64,000 nucleotides of DNA. Source: Vulcanimicrobiota bacterium. GTDB taxonomy: Bacteria; Vulcanimicrobiota; Xenobia; Xenobiales; JADMJV01. The position numbers and the translations under genes were made by a program. Shown piece after piece: positions 26,678 to 36,188 of the stretch. Each line of letters opens with the position of its first letter. The first letter of the stretch is position 1. The notes below the pieces were generated by a model, which saw only the letters and a program-made list of their open reading frames with translations, was not told the origin of the DNA and did not search any database. The DNA lies in contig JBFWNU010000005.1 in the NCBI GenBank assembly GCA_050250895.1, positions 320,001 through 384,000 of the forward strand, written 5' to 3'.

Positions 26678-29600
26678 ATGGAGACTTTGCCCGCCCTGAC
26701 CACGCAGGTGGTCCGTATCAGCTCGCTTCGCCCCGAGTGGGAGCCGCGCGGCCCCCATCTGACAGCGGCCGCGCATCGCTTTGGGTTCACAGGGGTCAGC
26801 CGAATCAAGGTCAGCCGGCTCTACTTTCTGCAGGGCCAGGTCGAGGCGGGCGAGATCGCAGAGAAGTTTCTGGTCGACCCGGTGGCTCAGCGCTTCGAGG
26901 TGGGTGTGGTCGAGGCCGGCCCGAACCTGGTCGAGGTGACCTTTCATCCGGGCGTGACCGATAGCGAGGCCGACAATCTGGTGGCCGCGGCCAAACGGGC
27001 GGGATATCGGCTGGAAGCGGCGGCTACCGGCTGGAGTTATCAGGTCGAGGGCCAGGTCGACGACCTCAAAGCCCTGGCCGAACGGGTGCTGGCCAATCGC
27101 GTGGTCCAGTCGATCGCGGTGGGAACTCCCATCGCCTCGCCGTTAGAAGAGCCGGCGGCAGTGACTCCGCGGGTCGAGCGGGTGCCTTTGAGCGGGCTTG
27201 AGAAAGCGCAACTCCTCGAGCTGAGCCAGCGGCTCGCCCTGGCTTTGGATGAAGCCGAGATGAGCGCCATTGCGGCTTATTTTGCCCAAGAAGGCCGCGA
27301 GCCCAGTCTGGCCGAGCTGCAGACCCTGGCTCAGACCTGGAGCGAGCACTGTGTGCACAAGACTTTTCGAGCCACTATCGACTATCGCGGGCCCGACGGT
27401 GAAGAGGTGGTCGACGGGCTGCTTTCGACCTATCTGCGCCGGGCCACCGAAGAGCTCGACCGCGAGTGGGTGGTGTCGGCCTTTGTCGACAATGCTGGCC
27501 TGGTGCGCTTTTCTGAGCATTATGACCTGGCCATCAAGGCCGAGACCCACAACCACCCCTCGGCCCTCGAGCCGTTTGGCGGGGCCAATACCGGAGTGGG
27601 CGGGGTGGTGCGCGACATCCTGGGCGTGAGCGCCCGGCCCATGGCCAATACCGACGTGCTTTGCTTTGCTCCACCCGAGACCGACGACGTGCCCGAGGGC
27701 AGCCTGCATCCAGTCACCGTCATCGACGGGGTGGTGCGGGGCATTGCCGACTATGGCAACAAGATGGGCATTCCCACCGTGGCCGGTGGGGTGGTCTTTC
27801 ACCCGGATTATGTGGCCAACCCGCTGGTCTATTGCGGTTGCCTGGGTATCTTGCCGCGAGGAGGGCACCCTACCGGGGCGCGGGCCGGCGACCGGGTGGT
27901 GGTGGTGGGCGGCCGCACCGGACGCGACGGCCTGGGCGGAGCCACTTTCTCGAGTATGGAGATGGATGTCTCGACGGCCGCAACCTTCTCGACGGCCGTC
28001 CAGATCGGCAACCCGATTGTCGAGAAGCTGGTGGGCGAGGCCTTGCTGGTGGCCCGCGACCAGGGGCTTTATGCGGCCGTGACCGACTGCGGGGCGGGCG
28101 GGCTTTCGTCGGCGGTGGGCGAGATGGCCGGCGAGCTGGGAGCGGTGGTGCAACTCGAGACCGTGCCCACCAAGTATCCGGGGCTGCTGCCCTGGGAGCT
28201 GTGGTTGTCTGAGGCTCAGGAGCGGATGGTTTTTGCCGTGGCCGACGAGCACTGGGACGCCTTCGAAGCGGTCTTTACCGACCACGGGGTCGAGGCTGTG
28301 ACCATCGGTCGCTTCGGCAACCGGGGGCGTCTGCGGCTGGTCTATGGCGAGTTGGAAGTGGCCGACCTGGCTACCGATTTTCTGCATCACGGCATTCCGC
28401 GCCAGCGGCGCACGGCCGAGTGGCAAGCTCCGGGCGGCCGGCGGGAGAGCTTGCCTGAGGTTGAAGCGGGACAGGCCCTGCTCAAGCTGCTGGCCGAGCC
28501 TAACCTTTCGAGCCGCCAGGCGGTGGTGGCCTACTTCGACAGCGAGGTCCAGGGAGGCACGGCCGGCAAGCCCGAGCCGACGGCCGACGGCAGCGTGCTG
28601 GTGCCGCTCGAGTTGCAGGGCCAGAGCGATCCGCCCGCGGCGGTGCTGGGGTTGGGGATGTGTCCCCATCGCAGCGCTTCAGACCCGCGCCTGATGGCCT
28701 GGATGGCCGTGGATGAGGCCGTTCGCAACGCTGTGGTCAAGGGGGCCGACCCCGATCAGATCGCTTTGCTCGACAACTTTTGCTGGGGCAATCCGCGCCT
28801 GCCCGACCGATTGGGAGCGCTGGTGCGCTGTTGCCAGGGTTGTTATGAGGCCTCGATGGCCTATGGGGCTCCGTGGGTGTCGGGCAAAGACAGCTTGAAC
28901 AACGAGTTCAAGACCGCCGACGGCAGTCGCAAGGCCATTCCCGGAACGCTGTTGATCCACGCGCTGGGGCGCTTGCCGAAGGTATCGCTGACCGTGCCCG
29001 ACCGGCTGCAAAAGGCTGGCCACGCGCTTTATGTGGTGGGCGAGACGGCCGATGAGTTGGGGGATTCGGCCTATCTGCGTGCTTTCGACGGCCACTCGGC
29101 CCGGCTGCCCCAGCCGCGGCCTGAGGCCCTCGAGAACTACCGCCACTATCACCGGGCGGTGTTGGCCGGCCTGGTGGTGTCGGCTCATGACCTCAGCGAC
29201 GGTGGCCTGGCCGTGGCCCTGGCCGAGATGTGTCTGGCCTCGGGCCTGGGAGCCGAGCTGGAGAAGACCGACATGGTCACGCTCTTCTCCGAGTCGATGG
29301 GGCGCCTGCTGGTCGAGGTGGCCGATGGACCGACGTTCGAGCAGGCGGTTCCGGCGGCGCGCCGAGTGGGTCAGGTGAGCGCCGAGCCCCGCTTCCTGGG
29401 GGTCGCGGTTTCGCGGCTGAAGGCGGCCTTTGAGAACCATCCTTTTGACTTTCTCGAGCTGAGCCAGGCCCAGCCACCCGCCTTTACCAGCCGGCTGGCG
29501 CCGGCGCCGGCCCTGGTCAAGGCTCCGCGGGTGGCGGTGTTGACGGCCCCCGGAAGCAATCGCGAAGAAGAGGCCCGGCTAGCCCTGGAGCTTGCCGGAG

Positions 29601-30211
29601 CCCGAGCCGAGATCGTGCCGCTGCGACGGGCCAACCGGCTGGAGGACTATGGCATGGTGGTCTTGCCGGGAGGCTTCAGCTATGGTGATGACCTGGGGGC
29701 CGGGCGGCTGTGGGCGCTTGATTTACAGGCTCGCCTGGGGGATCAGTTGTGCGCTTTTGTCGAGCAAGACAGGCTCTTGCTGGGCATCTGCAACGGTTTC
29801 CAGGCGCTGGTGCGGACGGGTATTTTGCCAGGCACGCTGGCCCACAATCAGGCCGGCCACTTCGAGTGCCGCTGGGTCGAGTTGATGCCTGAGAAGGCCA
29901 GTGTCTCGGTATTTACCCAGGGACTGGCCGAGTCGGTCGAGTGCCCGATGGCCCATGGCGAGGGTCGCTATCTGGCCAGCGCCGAGGTGATGGCGCAACT
30001 GGCCGAGAACGGCCAGATTGCCCTGCGTTACGCCAGCAATCCCAACGGATCGCTTGGTGATGTGGCAGGCATTTGCAACCCCAGGGGTAACGTGCTGGGG
30101 CTGATGCCTCACCCCGAAGACAATGTTTTCGCCTGGCAGCATCCACGCCGAGGGCCGGCTAGCGGTCTGGCCCTGCTACGCAACGGACTGGGCTGGTTGC
30201 GGCTTGGCTAG
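26678..30211 (+). CDS. purL: Phosphoribosylformylglycinamidine synthase, fused synthetase-glutaminase form
   Basis: QTWSEHCVHKTF, KAETHNHPS, DCGAGG, SEAQERM, LDNFCWG, HDLSDGG; C-terminal PurQ domain with PGGFSYGD, GICNGFQ and MPHPE. Confidence 0.95.
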   Translation: METLPALTTQVVRISSLRPEWEPRGPHLTAAAHRFGFTGVSRIKVSRLYFLQGQVEAGEIAEKFLVDPVAQRFEVGVVEAGPNLVEVTFHPGVTDSEADNLVAAAKRAGYRLEAAATGWSYQVEGQVDDLKALAERVLANRVVQSIAVGTPIASPLEEPAAVTPRVERVPLSGLEKAQLLELSQRLALALDEAEMSAIAAYFAQEGREPSLAELQTLAQTWSEHCVHKTFRATIDYRGPDGEEVVDGLLSTYLRRATEELDREWVVSAFVDNAGLVRFSEHYDLAIKAETHNHPSALEPFGGANTGVGGVVRDILGVSARPMANTDVLCFAPPETDDVPEGSLHPVTVIDGVVRGIADYGNKMGIPTVAGGVVFHPDYVANPLVYCGCLGILPRGGHPTGARAGDRVVVVGGRTGRDGLGGATFSSMEMDVSTAATFSTAVQIGNPIVEKLVGEALLVARDQGLYAAVTDCGAGGLSSAVGEMAGELGAVVQLETVPTKYPGLLPWELWLSEAQERMVFAVADEHWDAFEAVFTDHGVEAVTIGRFGNRGRLRLVYGELEVADLATDFLHHGIPRQRRTAEWQAPGGRRESLPEVEAGQALLKLLAEPNLSSRQAVVAYFDSEVQGGTAGKPEPTADGSVLVPLELQGQSDPPAAVLGLGMCPHRSASDPRLMAWMAVDEAVRNAVVKGADPDQIALLDNFCWGNPRLPDRLGALVRCCQGCYEASMAYGAPWVSGKDSLNNEFKTADGSRKAIPGTLLIHALGRLPKVSLTVPDRLQKAGHALYVVGETADELGDSAYLRAFDGHSARLPQPRPEALENYRHYHRAVLAGLVVSAHDLSDGGLAVALAEMCLASGLGAELEKTDMVTLFSESMGRLLVEVADGPTFEQAVPAARRVGQVSAEPRFLGVAVSRLKAAFENHPFDFLELSQAQPPAFTSRLAPAPALVKAPRVAVLTAPGSNREEEARLALELAGARAEIVPLRRANRLEDYGMVVLPGGFSYGDDLGAGRLWALDLQARLGDQLCAFVEQDRLLLGICNGFQALVRTGILPGTLAHNQAGHFECRWVELMPEKASVSVFTQGLAESVECPMAHGEGRYLASAEVMAQLAENGQIALRYASNPNGSLGDVAGICNPRGNVLGLMPHPEDNVFAWQHPRRGPASGLALLRNGLGWLRLG

Positions 30212-31086
30212 CTGCAGTTCTCACAGCACCGATATCCACCAGCTGCGCTGGCCATGTCGGCGGCCGCTCTGGCGTCGTCGCAATTTCTTTGACAGACATT
30301 GAATCCGTCTTGTAGGCAGCCGTCGCTGGTGCCGTCCTCGACACAAATCGCGTTGGCTGGGGTATCAGACTGACAGCTGCCGGAACCGCAATCGGGCACG
30401 CACGATCGCGCTTGCATGCAAAAGCAACCGCAGCTGCCGCCAGAGCAGTCGTCCGAGCAGAAGGCGCTCATCGTGCTCGAGCAGCAGGAGGCGCAATTGG
30501 TTGGAATACCGGACCCGACGGCCGTCGCACACAAAGCCGTGGCGGCGTTGTCAATGCAGGTGGAGGCGGCCGCTACCGGGGTCGGGGCCGCAGCCAGGGT
30601 AATCACCGGAAAAACAGCGGCGGCCTGCGCGCAGGTTCTCAGAAAGGCGCGGCGACCGGGCGAGACGGCCAACCGGGTGGCGTGGGGGATGAGGCGATGC
30701 TTGCGAAACTCGCCTAGAGTGAGCCACAACAGGTCAAGCCCTCCTAGCTGCTTGGCCGCCTCATGCACCGGGGTCTCGCCGTCGCACAATTCGTAGGCCT
30801 TGCGGGCAGGAGCGTTGAGGAGCACCAGGCCGGTGCGAAAGCGGTGATAGAGGACCAGTTCATCAGCGATGGGTTGAGCCAGATAATCGTGGCACCGAGG
30901 CATCTCGGCTGGAGCCGTGAGGCCTTGCTCTTCGAGGCGCTCCAGGATGGCCTCGAGTTCTGACTTGCTGATGGCTAGACGTCGAGCGGCCGCGGCTTTT
31001 GAAGTCTGCCCATCGCAGAGGTCGAGGACCTCCAGGTCGTGGCGGGGGTTGGACTCGGCAACCCGAAAGGGCATGAGGCTGGGCAT
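30208..31086 (-). CDS. PqqD/RRE-like domain(s) fused to an RR leader-like segment and a Cys-rich C-terminus
   Basis: ELVLYH...LLNAPARKAYELCDGETPV (PqqD-like), GRRAFLR...PVITLAAAPTPVAAAS, then 20 Cys in about 118 aa. Confidence 0.7.
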   Translation of the reverse strand: MPSLMPFRVAESNPRHDLEVLDLCDGQTSKAAAARRLAISKSELEAILERLEEQGLTAPAEMPRCHDYLAQPIADELVLYHRFRTGLVLLNAPARKAYELCDGETPVHEAAKQLGGLDLLWLTLGEFRKHRLIPHATRLAVSPGRRAFLRTCAQAAAVFPVITLAAAPTPVAAASTCIDNAATALCATAVGSGIPTNCASCCSSTMSAFCSDDCSGGSCGCFCMQARSCVPDCGSGSCQSDTPANAICVEDGTSDGCLQDGFNVCQRNCDDARAAADMASAAGGYRCCENCS

Positions 31087-31202
31087 TCGGCGGTGCTTCG
31101 ACGGCCAGGTTCGGGGGATCCTTTGTGTGTAAAATATGTGTTCTTTCTGACGGACGGCTGCTTGCCCTGGACTGCAGGCGTTTTTCTGCCTATAATGCAG
31201 GC

Positions 31203-31625
31203 ATGCAAAGAGGCAAGCAACTGACGGTTCGGGGCGTTCCCGAGCCCGTGGCTGAATCCCTTAAGCTCCGAGCCCGCGAGCAAGGCAAGAGCCTGAACGC
31301 GGTGCTGGTGGAGGCCCTCACCGCGGCCGCGGGTATGTCAGGGGAGAGTCTTCGCCATCACGACCTGGATTGGCTGGCTGGAACGTGGGACGAGGACCCC
31401 GACTTCGATGCAGCCATTGCCGCTCAGGACGCCATTGACGACGAGCTCACCTGCCCCAACTGCCGCGGGTCTAAGGGCCTGTCAGGAAATAACTCGTGCA
31501 TTCGGGGCGCTGATCCATCCCCTGTGGCTGCGTTGCGCTTCCCTTACATATTGCCGATATGCGCGGTCAGACGCGCCTTGCCACAGGGGCGCCTCAGCGC
31601 CCGGAATGCTACTCTTAATCCCTGA
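31203..31625 (+). CDS. FitA-like ribbon-helix-helix antitoxin; aberrant read-through C-terminus after about 31448
   Basis: KQLTVRGVPEPVAESLKLRAREQGKSLNAVLVEAL...DLDWLAGTW; TATAAT lies 6 nt before ATG 31203; the ORF runs into the MITE and ends in its right TIR. Confidence 0.75.
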   Translation: MQRGKQLTVRGVPEPVAESLKLRAREQGKSLNAVLVEALTAAAGMSGESLRHHDLDWLAGTWDEDPDFDAAIAAQDAIDDELTCPNCRGSKGLSGNNSCIRGADPSPVAALRFPYILPICAVRRALPQGRLSARNATLNP

Positions 31626-31632
31626 CAGGCCC
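31475..31632. mobile_element. MITE-like element (~158 bp) with terminal inverted repeats
   Basis: GGGCCTGTCAGG ... CCTGACAGGCCC flanked by TAA/TAG. Nested inverted repeats GCATTCGGGGCGCTGA/TCAGCGCCCGGAATGC and CCCCTGTGGC/GCCACAGGGG; the core recurs at 42437-42518. Confidence 0.7.
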
Positions 31633-31672
31633 TAGGACCGGGAAAAGGTCGAAGGCTCGAGAAGCACCAGCT

Positions 31673-32983
31673 ATGAAACAAGCCGTGCCACCCGGGCCTC
31701 GTAGCAATATCACCAAGAAGTACTTCGCCAATCGGGTTCGTTTCTTTGACGAGGTGCGACGCGACTACGGGCCGTTAATCTACTTCCGCATCGGCTTTGT
31801 GCGAGTCTACCTGGTGACCGACCCGGCCGACGTGCGAACGGTCATGACCGACCGGGGCATGCGCAAGTCGTGGATCACCAAGCTGCTGTTGTGGCCGGTG
31901 GTCGGCAACGGCCTCTTGCTCAGCGAGGGCGAACTGTACAAGCGGCAGCGCCGCCTGATTCAACCGGCTTTTCATCGCCAGCGGGTCGAGGTCTATGGGC
32001 GGGTGGCCGTCGAGTCGGCCCTGGAGTGGTCGCAGGCTAAGACCCACGGCCAGCCCGTCGAGATGGGCGACGAGATGATGGGTCTCACTCTCGATATCGT
32101 GGGCCGGTCCTTGTTCGGGTCAGAAATGGGCGAGCAGGCCCGCCAGGTGGCCCGATCGCTCGATGCCTTCTACGGCCTGGTCGACCGGGTGGTGGCCCTG
32201 GGGCCGCTGGCCTTCTTTTTGCCGACTCCCCGCAATTTTCGTTTTCTCTGGTGCTTGTTTCGGTTGAATCGCTTCGTCGACCAGATGATCCGCCAGCGAG
32301 AACGGGAAGTTCCGCGCGACGACTTTCTCTCGATGCTGGTCCATGCCGAAGAAGATGGCCACAAGATGAGTTCGAGCCAGGTGCGCTCGGAGGCGCTCAC
32401 TTTGCTGCTGGCCGGACACGAGACGACAGCCGTGGCCATGACCTGGATCTGGTATCTACTCTCGCAGAATCCTGATTGCGAGCGGCGTCTGCATCGGGAG
32501 TTGGACGAGGTGCTGGAGGGGCGGCCGCCGACGGTCGAGGATATGGACCGCCTCGATTACACCCGGCGCGTCGTCACCGAGAGCATGCGCCTGTATCCGC
32601 CGGCCTATCTTGTCGACCGCCAGCCCAGCCAGGATTTCGAACTGCACGGGTATCGCATTCCGCGCGGGTCCTATGTCTTCGTCAGTCCGTATCTGACCCA
32701 GCGGGAGGCCGAGTTCTTTCCCGACCCGACCCGCTTCGATCCCGACCGCTGGTTGCCCGAAGTGGCTGCCCAAAGGCCGCAGCACTCCTATTTTCCCTTC
32801 GGAGTCGGCCCGCGCGCCTGCATTGGCCAGTCCTTCGCCTGGATGGAGTCTATTCTCGTGCTGGCCACGCTGGCGCAGACTTGGCGCGCCGAGCTTGACC
32901 CGGACCAGGTGGTCGACACCGATGCCAAGATAACTCTGCGGCCTCGTTACGGCATGAAGATGACCTTGCGACGCCGCCAGTAG
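31673..32983 (+). CDS. Cytochrome P450
   Basis: I-helix AGHETT, K-helix ESMRLYPP, FDPDRW, heme motif FPFGVGPRACIG. Confidence 0.97.
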   Translation: MKQAVPPGPRSNITKKYFANRVRFFDEVRRDYGPLIYFRIGFVRVYLVTDPADVRTVMTDRGMRKSWITKLLLWPVVGNGLLLSEGELYKRQRRLIQPAFHRQRVEVYGRVAVESALEWSQAKTHGQPVEMGDEMMGLTLDIVGRSLFGSEMGEQARQVARSLDAFYGLVDRVVALGPLAFFLPTPRNFRFLWCLFRLNRFVDQMIRQREREVPRDDFLSMLVHAEEDGHKMSSSQVRSEALTLLLAGHETTAVAMTWIWYLLSQNPDCERRLHRELDEVLEGRPPTVEDMDRLDYTRRVVTESMRLYPPAYLVDRQPSQDFELHGYRIPRGSYVFVSPYLTQREAEFFPDPTRFDPDRWLPEVAAQRPQHSYFPFGVGPRACIGQSFAWMESILVLATLAQTWRAELDPDQVVDTDAKITLRPRYGMKMTLRRRQ

Positions 32984-33084
32984 GAAGTTGTCACACTTTT
33001 GTAATATCTGCCCCGGTCATGCGGGGCGCTCTGTGATCGTGTCACTCTATTCTTGACTCACATCGAATCAGGAGGAGAACACAA

Positions 33085-33915
33085 ATGAAAATCGCAGGTC
33101 CCAACCCCTTTGCCTACAACACGCCCGGCATCCCCGCCCCCCCGAAGCCTCGCCCGTCTCTGAACGCTTCCCCAGCCAACTTCTTGAACAATAGCGAGGA
33201 GCGCATCGCCCGTCACGACCTCGACCAGGGTTTGCAGAACTTCGCCGGTGGTGGCTCGCCCAAACCCGGCACCCCGGGTGACCCCGGGGGCCCTCACGGT
33301 CACGGCGGCCCCGGTGGTCCCGGTGGTCCAGGTGGTCCAGGTGGTCCCCAGGGCGGCCAGCAGGCAGGCGGCCAGAACAACTCCTTCACCGATCCCAACG
33401 GCAACAAGGTGACCCACACCAAAGACGGCTATACCGTCATCGAGAATCCCGACGGCTCGACCAAGACCCTAACTCCCGGCGGTTACGAGGTCGCTTACGA
33501 TCCCAACAGCAGCACTTTGACCATGACCAACATGCGCACCAAAGAGTCGACCACCGTCTTTGGCGACCCGCACGTGGCCGAGTCCGATGGGGGAGGGGAC
33601 TACTGGGACTACGACCAGGCGACAAGCTCCTTCGTGCTGGCCGACGGAACCAAGATTACGACCGAGGCGACCAGCGCCAACGGCACCTTGACGGATGTCG
33701 ACATCTATTCGGGGAAGGGGCTGACGCATGTGTCGCAAGATGCCAACGGCACCACGGTTTCGTCGGATCGCTTCGCAGCCGACGCCCAGCAGAACGATGG
33801 CACCGTGTATTACGGCAGCGTCAGTGCCAATGACTGGTATCGCGACGCCGGCCGGACCCAGGAAGTGGCCTCGGTCAACGCTGGCTTTGAGGGTCTGCCC
33901 TACTGGGGGACCTAG
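33085..33915 (+). CDS. DUF1521-like protein with Gly-Gly-Pro repeat linker
   Basis: RBS AGGAGG; (GGP)n tract; VFGDPHV...FVLADGTKIT motif. Confidence 0.6.
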   Translation: MKIAGPNPFAYNTPGIPAPPKPRPSLNASPANFLNNSEERIARHDLDQGLQNFAGGGSPKPGTPGDPGGPHGHGGPGGPGGPGGPGGPQGGQQAGGQNNSFTDPNGNKVTHTKDGYTVIENPDGSTKTLTPGGYEVAYDPNSSTLTMTNMRTKESTTVFGDPHVAESDGGGDYWDYDQATSSFVLADGTKITTEATSANGTLTDVDIYSGKGLTHVSQDANGTTVSSDRFAADAQQNDGTVYYGSVSANDWYRDAGRTQEVASVNAGFEGLPYWGT

Positions 33916-33917
33916 TC

Positions 33918-34433
33918 CTAGTCCAGATGCAACTTGAAGGCCAGTTCGCGGGCTTCGGCCCCGGGCTGGCCGGCCTTCAAGTAGAACCTCAGCAGCCCCG
34001 GGCCGATCCGCTCCACCGAAAAGGCCGCGGCCGGCCCGAGCACCACCAGGACCTGCTCGGGTTGGGCGGGGGCCTTCAGCACCAGCTTGTAGTCGCTCAG
34101 GCCCACCGTGGCCGGAGGGGCGAGGTCGGGTTCTCCGCTCGCATCGAGCAGCAAGATGCCGTCCGAAGTGAAGCGGTAAGGACGCATCACCACCTGTTGG
34201 CTGGCCCCGGCGGCAGGCTCGATCAGGGCGGCTCGCGACAGGGCGAAGGTCAGCTTCTGGCGGGCCAGGCGCAGGGCCAGTTCGGCATCGGCAGTCGATT
34301 CGGCATGGCCCTGCGAGCGCTTGCTCTGGGTCATGGAGATGGCCATGAAAGTCAGGACCACCAGCAGCAAACCACTGACCACCATCAATTCGAGCAGGGT
34401 CGTGGCTCTTATGGATAGCTGTCGTAATAGCAC
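33918..34433 (-). CDS. Prepilin-like (pseudopilin/minor pilin) protein
   Basis: RATTLLELMVV plus hydrophobic helix; start uncertain (GTG 34433; ORF track 34472). Confidence 0.65.
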   Translation of the reverse strand: MLLRQLSIRATTLLELMVVSGLLLVVLTFMAISMTQSKRSQGHAESTADAELALRLARQKLTFALSRAALIEPAAGASQQVVMRPYRFTSDGILLLDASGEPDLAPPATVGLSDYKLVLKAPAQPEQVLVVLGPAAAFSVERIGPGLLRFYLKAGQPGAEARELAFKLHLD

Positions 34434-34795
34434 CAGAGCCTGGTGGTCTGCTCGCCCTGGCGGTCGCGCCACCAGAGGATCACAGTCACTTTCTTGAGAG
34501 TGGGAGTGGTCGGATGGTTAGGTTCGACCTCGATGGCCGCCTCGAAATCCAGGGCGTCGGAGAGGGGGCTGCGGACGCGGCTCACATCGGCGGCAAAGTC
34601 TTGCTCGAGTTGTTCGGCAACCTCGGCCTGGAGGTCGAGGCTCAGGTCTCGAGCGCGTTGGCGCAGGGTGTCCTTGACCTGGGCCTGATGGTAGCGGGTC
34701 TGCACGGCCAATACGGCCAACAGGGCCATGGCGCAGAACGCGACGGCCAGAACCAGTTCGAGAAGGTTAGTACCGAACGGTCGTCTTGTAGACAT
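34409..34795 (-). CDS. Prepilin-like protein (PilV-like)
   Basis: FG|TNLLELVLAV with Glu at +5; C-terminal LKKVTVILWW. Confidence 0.7.
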   Translation of the reverse strand: MSTRRPFGTNLLELVLAVAFCAMALLAVLAVQTRYHQAQVKDTLRQRARDLSLDLQAEVAEQLEQDFAADVSRVRSPLSDALDFEAAIEVEPNHPTTPTLKKVTVILWWRDRQGEQTTRLWCYYDSYP

Positions 34796-36173
34796 ACTCG
34801 TCGTCGCGGGGGACTCCGCCGATTTCTAGTTCTCTGACCGTGCCGTCGGGCAAGCTCAGTTCAGACCAGTCGGTTTGGGTTCGCTTCCACAGGCGCTGAC
34901 CAGCCGCCTCTTCGGCGTGTTCATAGAAGTAGAGACTCTCCTCGGCGTCGAGGAAAGACTGAACCCCCGCGGTCATGGTGGCTGGGGGAGAATTGACGAG
35001 GTTCCATTGGCCGCCTTTGAATTCCAAGACACATCCCTGGCCACCGGTCACGACGCTGGCCAGCACCCGACCTTTGCTTCCCAGGGCAAGTCTTCCCACT
35101 CTGGTCGGCACCGAAGGGTCGAGTTCCAAACCGTTGGCGGTCGCTCGCGGGCGAGGGACGGGCGGCAAGAATCCCCATTGGCCCTGAGCCTCGCCCAGGG
35201 CGATGGTCGACGGGTTGTTGCCGAGGTGCATCACCACCGCCACTTTGCCGTCGCGAGCCACCACCTGGTCGAGACTGGTGGTACCCTGGTCGTCGACCAT
35301 CAGGCTGCCGTCGTGGTCATAGACTCTGGCCGGAGGGCCGGTGCCGACCAGCCAGTTGCGATTCTCGATCGAGTAAGCATAGAGTTCACGACGGATCTGG
35401 TTGGGATTGGCCGGATTCGGCGCGGTGTTGAGCAGCACCGGCTGGTTCTTGACCAGGTAGAGGTGGTCACTATCGGCGGCGGCCGTTACGTCGGGCGACA
35501 GCAGGTTGGTGGTGTCGGGCAAGGGGATCGTCTCCCAACTCTGCTGGCCGGCCCGGAACCTGGCAAAGGAGAAGGCCGCCACCGAGCCGGTCATCGCCGA
35601 GCGCAAGGCAAAGAGGTCGCCTTCGAGGTTGGCCGCCGTGGCGAAGGTGATGACCTGGTTGGGGACCCCGGTATAAGGTTCGTGCGAGTCGGCCAGAAAG
35701 AAGCTGGAGGGTGGCTCGGGCAGGGGCCGCCATTCGAGCTGGGTACCCTCGAAGCGGGCCATCAGCAGTTGCTCTTCGGTTGCTTGTTGGGTGCGGGCGT
35801 AACCTACCGTGTCCTTCTTGTTTTCTTGCCGCAGCACGCGGGTAAAGCGGCTTCGCCCGACCTCGGCGGTCAGATGGAACAGTTCGGGGTCGTCGGCATC
35901 GGCGCGCAGTTCGGCCCGATAATGAATTCCGTCGAGTTGTCCCTGGGTATTCCAGGGGGGAGCCTGGGGAAGGCGTCCGGCCGTGTGAAACTGGTCCACC
36001 AGGACCGCTGTGACCGAGCGGGCCGTCAATTCTTCCTGGTCGTGCGAGCGCAAGCCGGCGCCGGCCTGAGCAAGGGCCCGGAGACGGGCCAGACCCACAG
36101 TGGAGAGGAACATCGCGATCATGACGACAATTAGTGCCGTGATCAGGACGTAACCCCGCATCCGTTTCCCCAT
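34767..36173 (-). CDS. PilX-like minor pilin with C-terminal Kelch/beta-propeller-like domain
   Basis: RG|YVLITALIVV (no Glu at +5); repeated W-x-x-L-P blade ends. Confidence 0.65.
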   Translation of the reverse strand: MGKRMRGYVLITALIVVMIAMFLSTVGLARLRALAQAGAGLRSHDQEELTARSVTAVLVDQFHTAGRLPQAPPWNTQGQLDGIHYRAELRADADDPELFHLTAEVGRSRFTRVLRQENKKDTVGYARTQQATEEQLLMARFEGTQLEWRPLPEPPSSFFLADSHEPYTGVPNQVITFATAANLEGDLFALRSAMTGSVAAFSFARFRAGQQSWETIPLPDTTNLLSPDVTAAADSDHLYLVKNQPVLLNTAPNPANPNQIRRELYAYSIENRNWLVGTGPPARVYDHDGSLMVDDQGTTSLDQVVARDGKVAVVMHLGNNPSTIALGEAQGQWGFLPPVPRPRATANGLELDPSVPTRVGRLALGSKGRVLASVVTGGQGCVLEFKGGQWNLVNSPPATMTAGVQSFLDAEESLYFYEHAEEAAGQRLWKRTQTDWSELSLPDGTVRELEIGGVPRDDEYVYKTTVRY

Positions 36174-36188
36174 GGCGACAAGTATAGC

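Noticed and set aside
30208-32983. Definite P450-RiPP biosynthetic cluster
   Set aside because: The genes are divergent and separated by a TA remnant and a MITE; the Cys-rich core has few aromatic residues, and no peptidase or transporter is adjacent.
33032-33046. CRP site upstream of the DUF1521-like gene
   Set aside because: TGTGA-N5-TCACT has the wrong spacing for TGTGA-N6-TCACA.
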